From the NCBI RefSeq assembly GCF_018977255.1, contig NW_024704742.1, positions 76,014,001 to 76,078,000 of the forward strand: a stretch of DNA of 64,000 bases, read 5' to 3'. The stretch comes from Callorhinchus milii (Eukaryota). Made by a program: the position numbers and the translations under genes. Below the pieces are notes generated by a model, which saw nothing but the letters and a program-made list of their open reading frames with translations, had not been told where the DNA came from and searched no databases. Below, one piece after another: positions 63,240 through 64,000 of this stretch. Position 1 is the first letter of the stretch. Each line of letters begins with the position of its first letter.

Positions 63240-63450
63240 AAATGGGACATAGAACCATTGGGGTCCATGTGACTTAGAACAAAGTAAAATATATCTTCTA
63301 CCACTTTATATCTCATACCTTCATTTAACTTCATCAAATACCTGCCTAATTCCCTCTTGAATTTTCTGACCCAATTGTCCACTCTCATCCGTCTGGTAAC
63401 TTTTAGCCAGATATTCACCATTCTTTCTGTAAAGTACACATCCCTCTTCT
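63240..63450 (-). mobile_element. Old CR1 LINE 3' fragment
   Basis: Translates to YFTERMVNIW...KFKRELGRYL. Confidence 0.6.
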
Positions 63451-64000
63451 GAGCTTAGGTCTGTGACCCTATGATCTAGTTTCTCTGCTCACATTAAACA
63501 GTCATAGAGTTCAAGATAACTGTTCCATTTTGCACCTTGAATACAAGAAGATAATAATAACAATAATAATAAATAATAATGCTTATTTTATTTTCAGTGA
63601 GTACTGTGAGGAGGATTGATTCCATCATATTCAGAAAGCTTATTGTGAGCGGACAAGGAGGGAGTCAAAAAGTCCTCTACAAAAACTCCAATAGTGTAAT
63701 AATGTAACTAAGTATTTAGAGGCTAAGTGCTCTGAGACACTACTCTGCGTGGAGGACGCTACATAAGTGCAAGTTGTTGTAGAGGTTGACTGAATGAGTT
63801 AGAAAGTGCTGCTGATGATTACATTGCTGTTTCCTATTAACAGGTGCAGTATAAAGAGCTCACACAGAGCCTTGATTCTGTTAAACAACTGATCCACTTT
63901 GCACTTTCCTAACACAGCAAATTGTCACATCCATAAACATCGCCTTCTCAGGCAAACACCCACCGAGAACACCAGAGAGGAATGAACATTTGAACAAATC

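Noticed and set aside
1..64000. Most ORFs in the six-frame track
   Set aside because: They are short, often start at GTG or TTG, and are TE-derived or random. The sequence is intron-containing eukaryotic DNA with no prokaryotic operon or CRISPR array.
48128..64000. Search for the start exon (MEDEAVLDRG...EEVE)
   Set aside because: Not found by eye. The gaag|gtatg donor-like site near 63318 is inside a CR1 remnant. The exon is probably beyond the window.

Overview
Vertebrate nuclear genomic DNA. The dense mix of L2, CR1 and Deu-domain SINE repeats suggests a cartilaginous fish, which is an inference. The whole window appears to lie inside one minus-strand gene, an electrogenic Na+/HCO3- cotransporter of the SLC4A4 (NBCe1) type. 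Five canonical GT-AG coding exons splice in frame: 48127-47951, 15572-15440, 12420-12260, 11974-11795 and 4717-4641. They encode most of the cytoplasmic N-terminal domain; I did not find the start-codon exon or the downstream exons in this window. The rest is intron filled with decayed L2 and CR1 LINE fragments, at least three SINE families, a hAT MITE and palindromic elements. The most notable structures are: (1) three copies of a blocky ~150-200 bp element, one just upstream of the 15572 acceptor and two inverted partners downstream (one just past the 4641 donor), which resembles competing long-range RNA pairing or back-splicing, with one possible circle forming a stop-free 474-nt ORF; (2) a hidden in-frame 96-nt cassette exon at 6917-6822; (3) a 27-nt alternative donor matching NBCe1 cassette I; (4) remnants of a kidney-type NBCe1-A-like N-terminus and a possible internal promoter; and (5) several templated insertions with unusually long duplications. 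Repeat boundaries are approximate (eye alignment), and comparisons with human proteins are from memory, not from a search.
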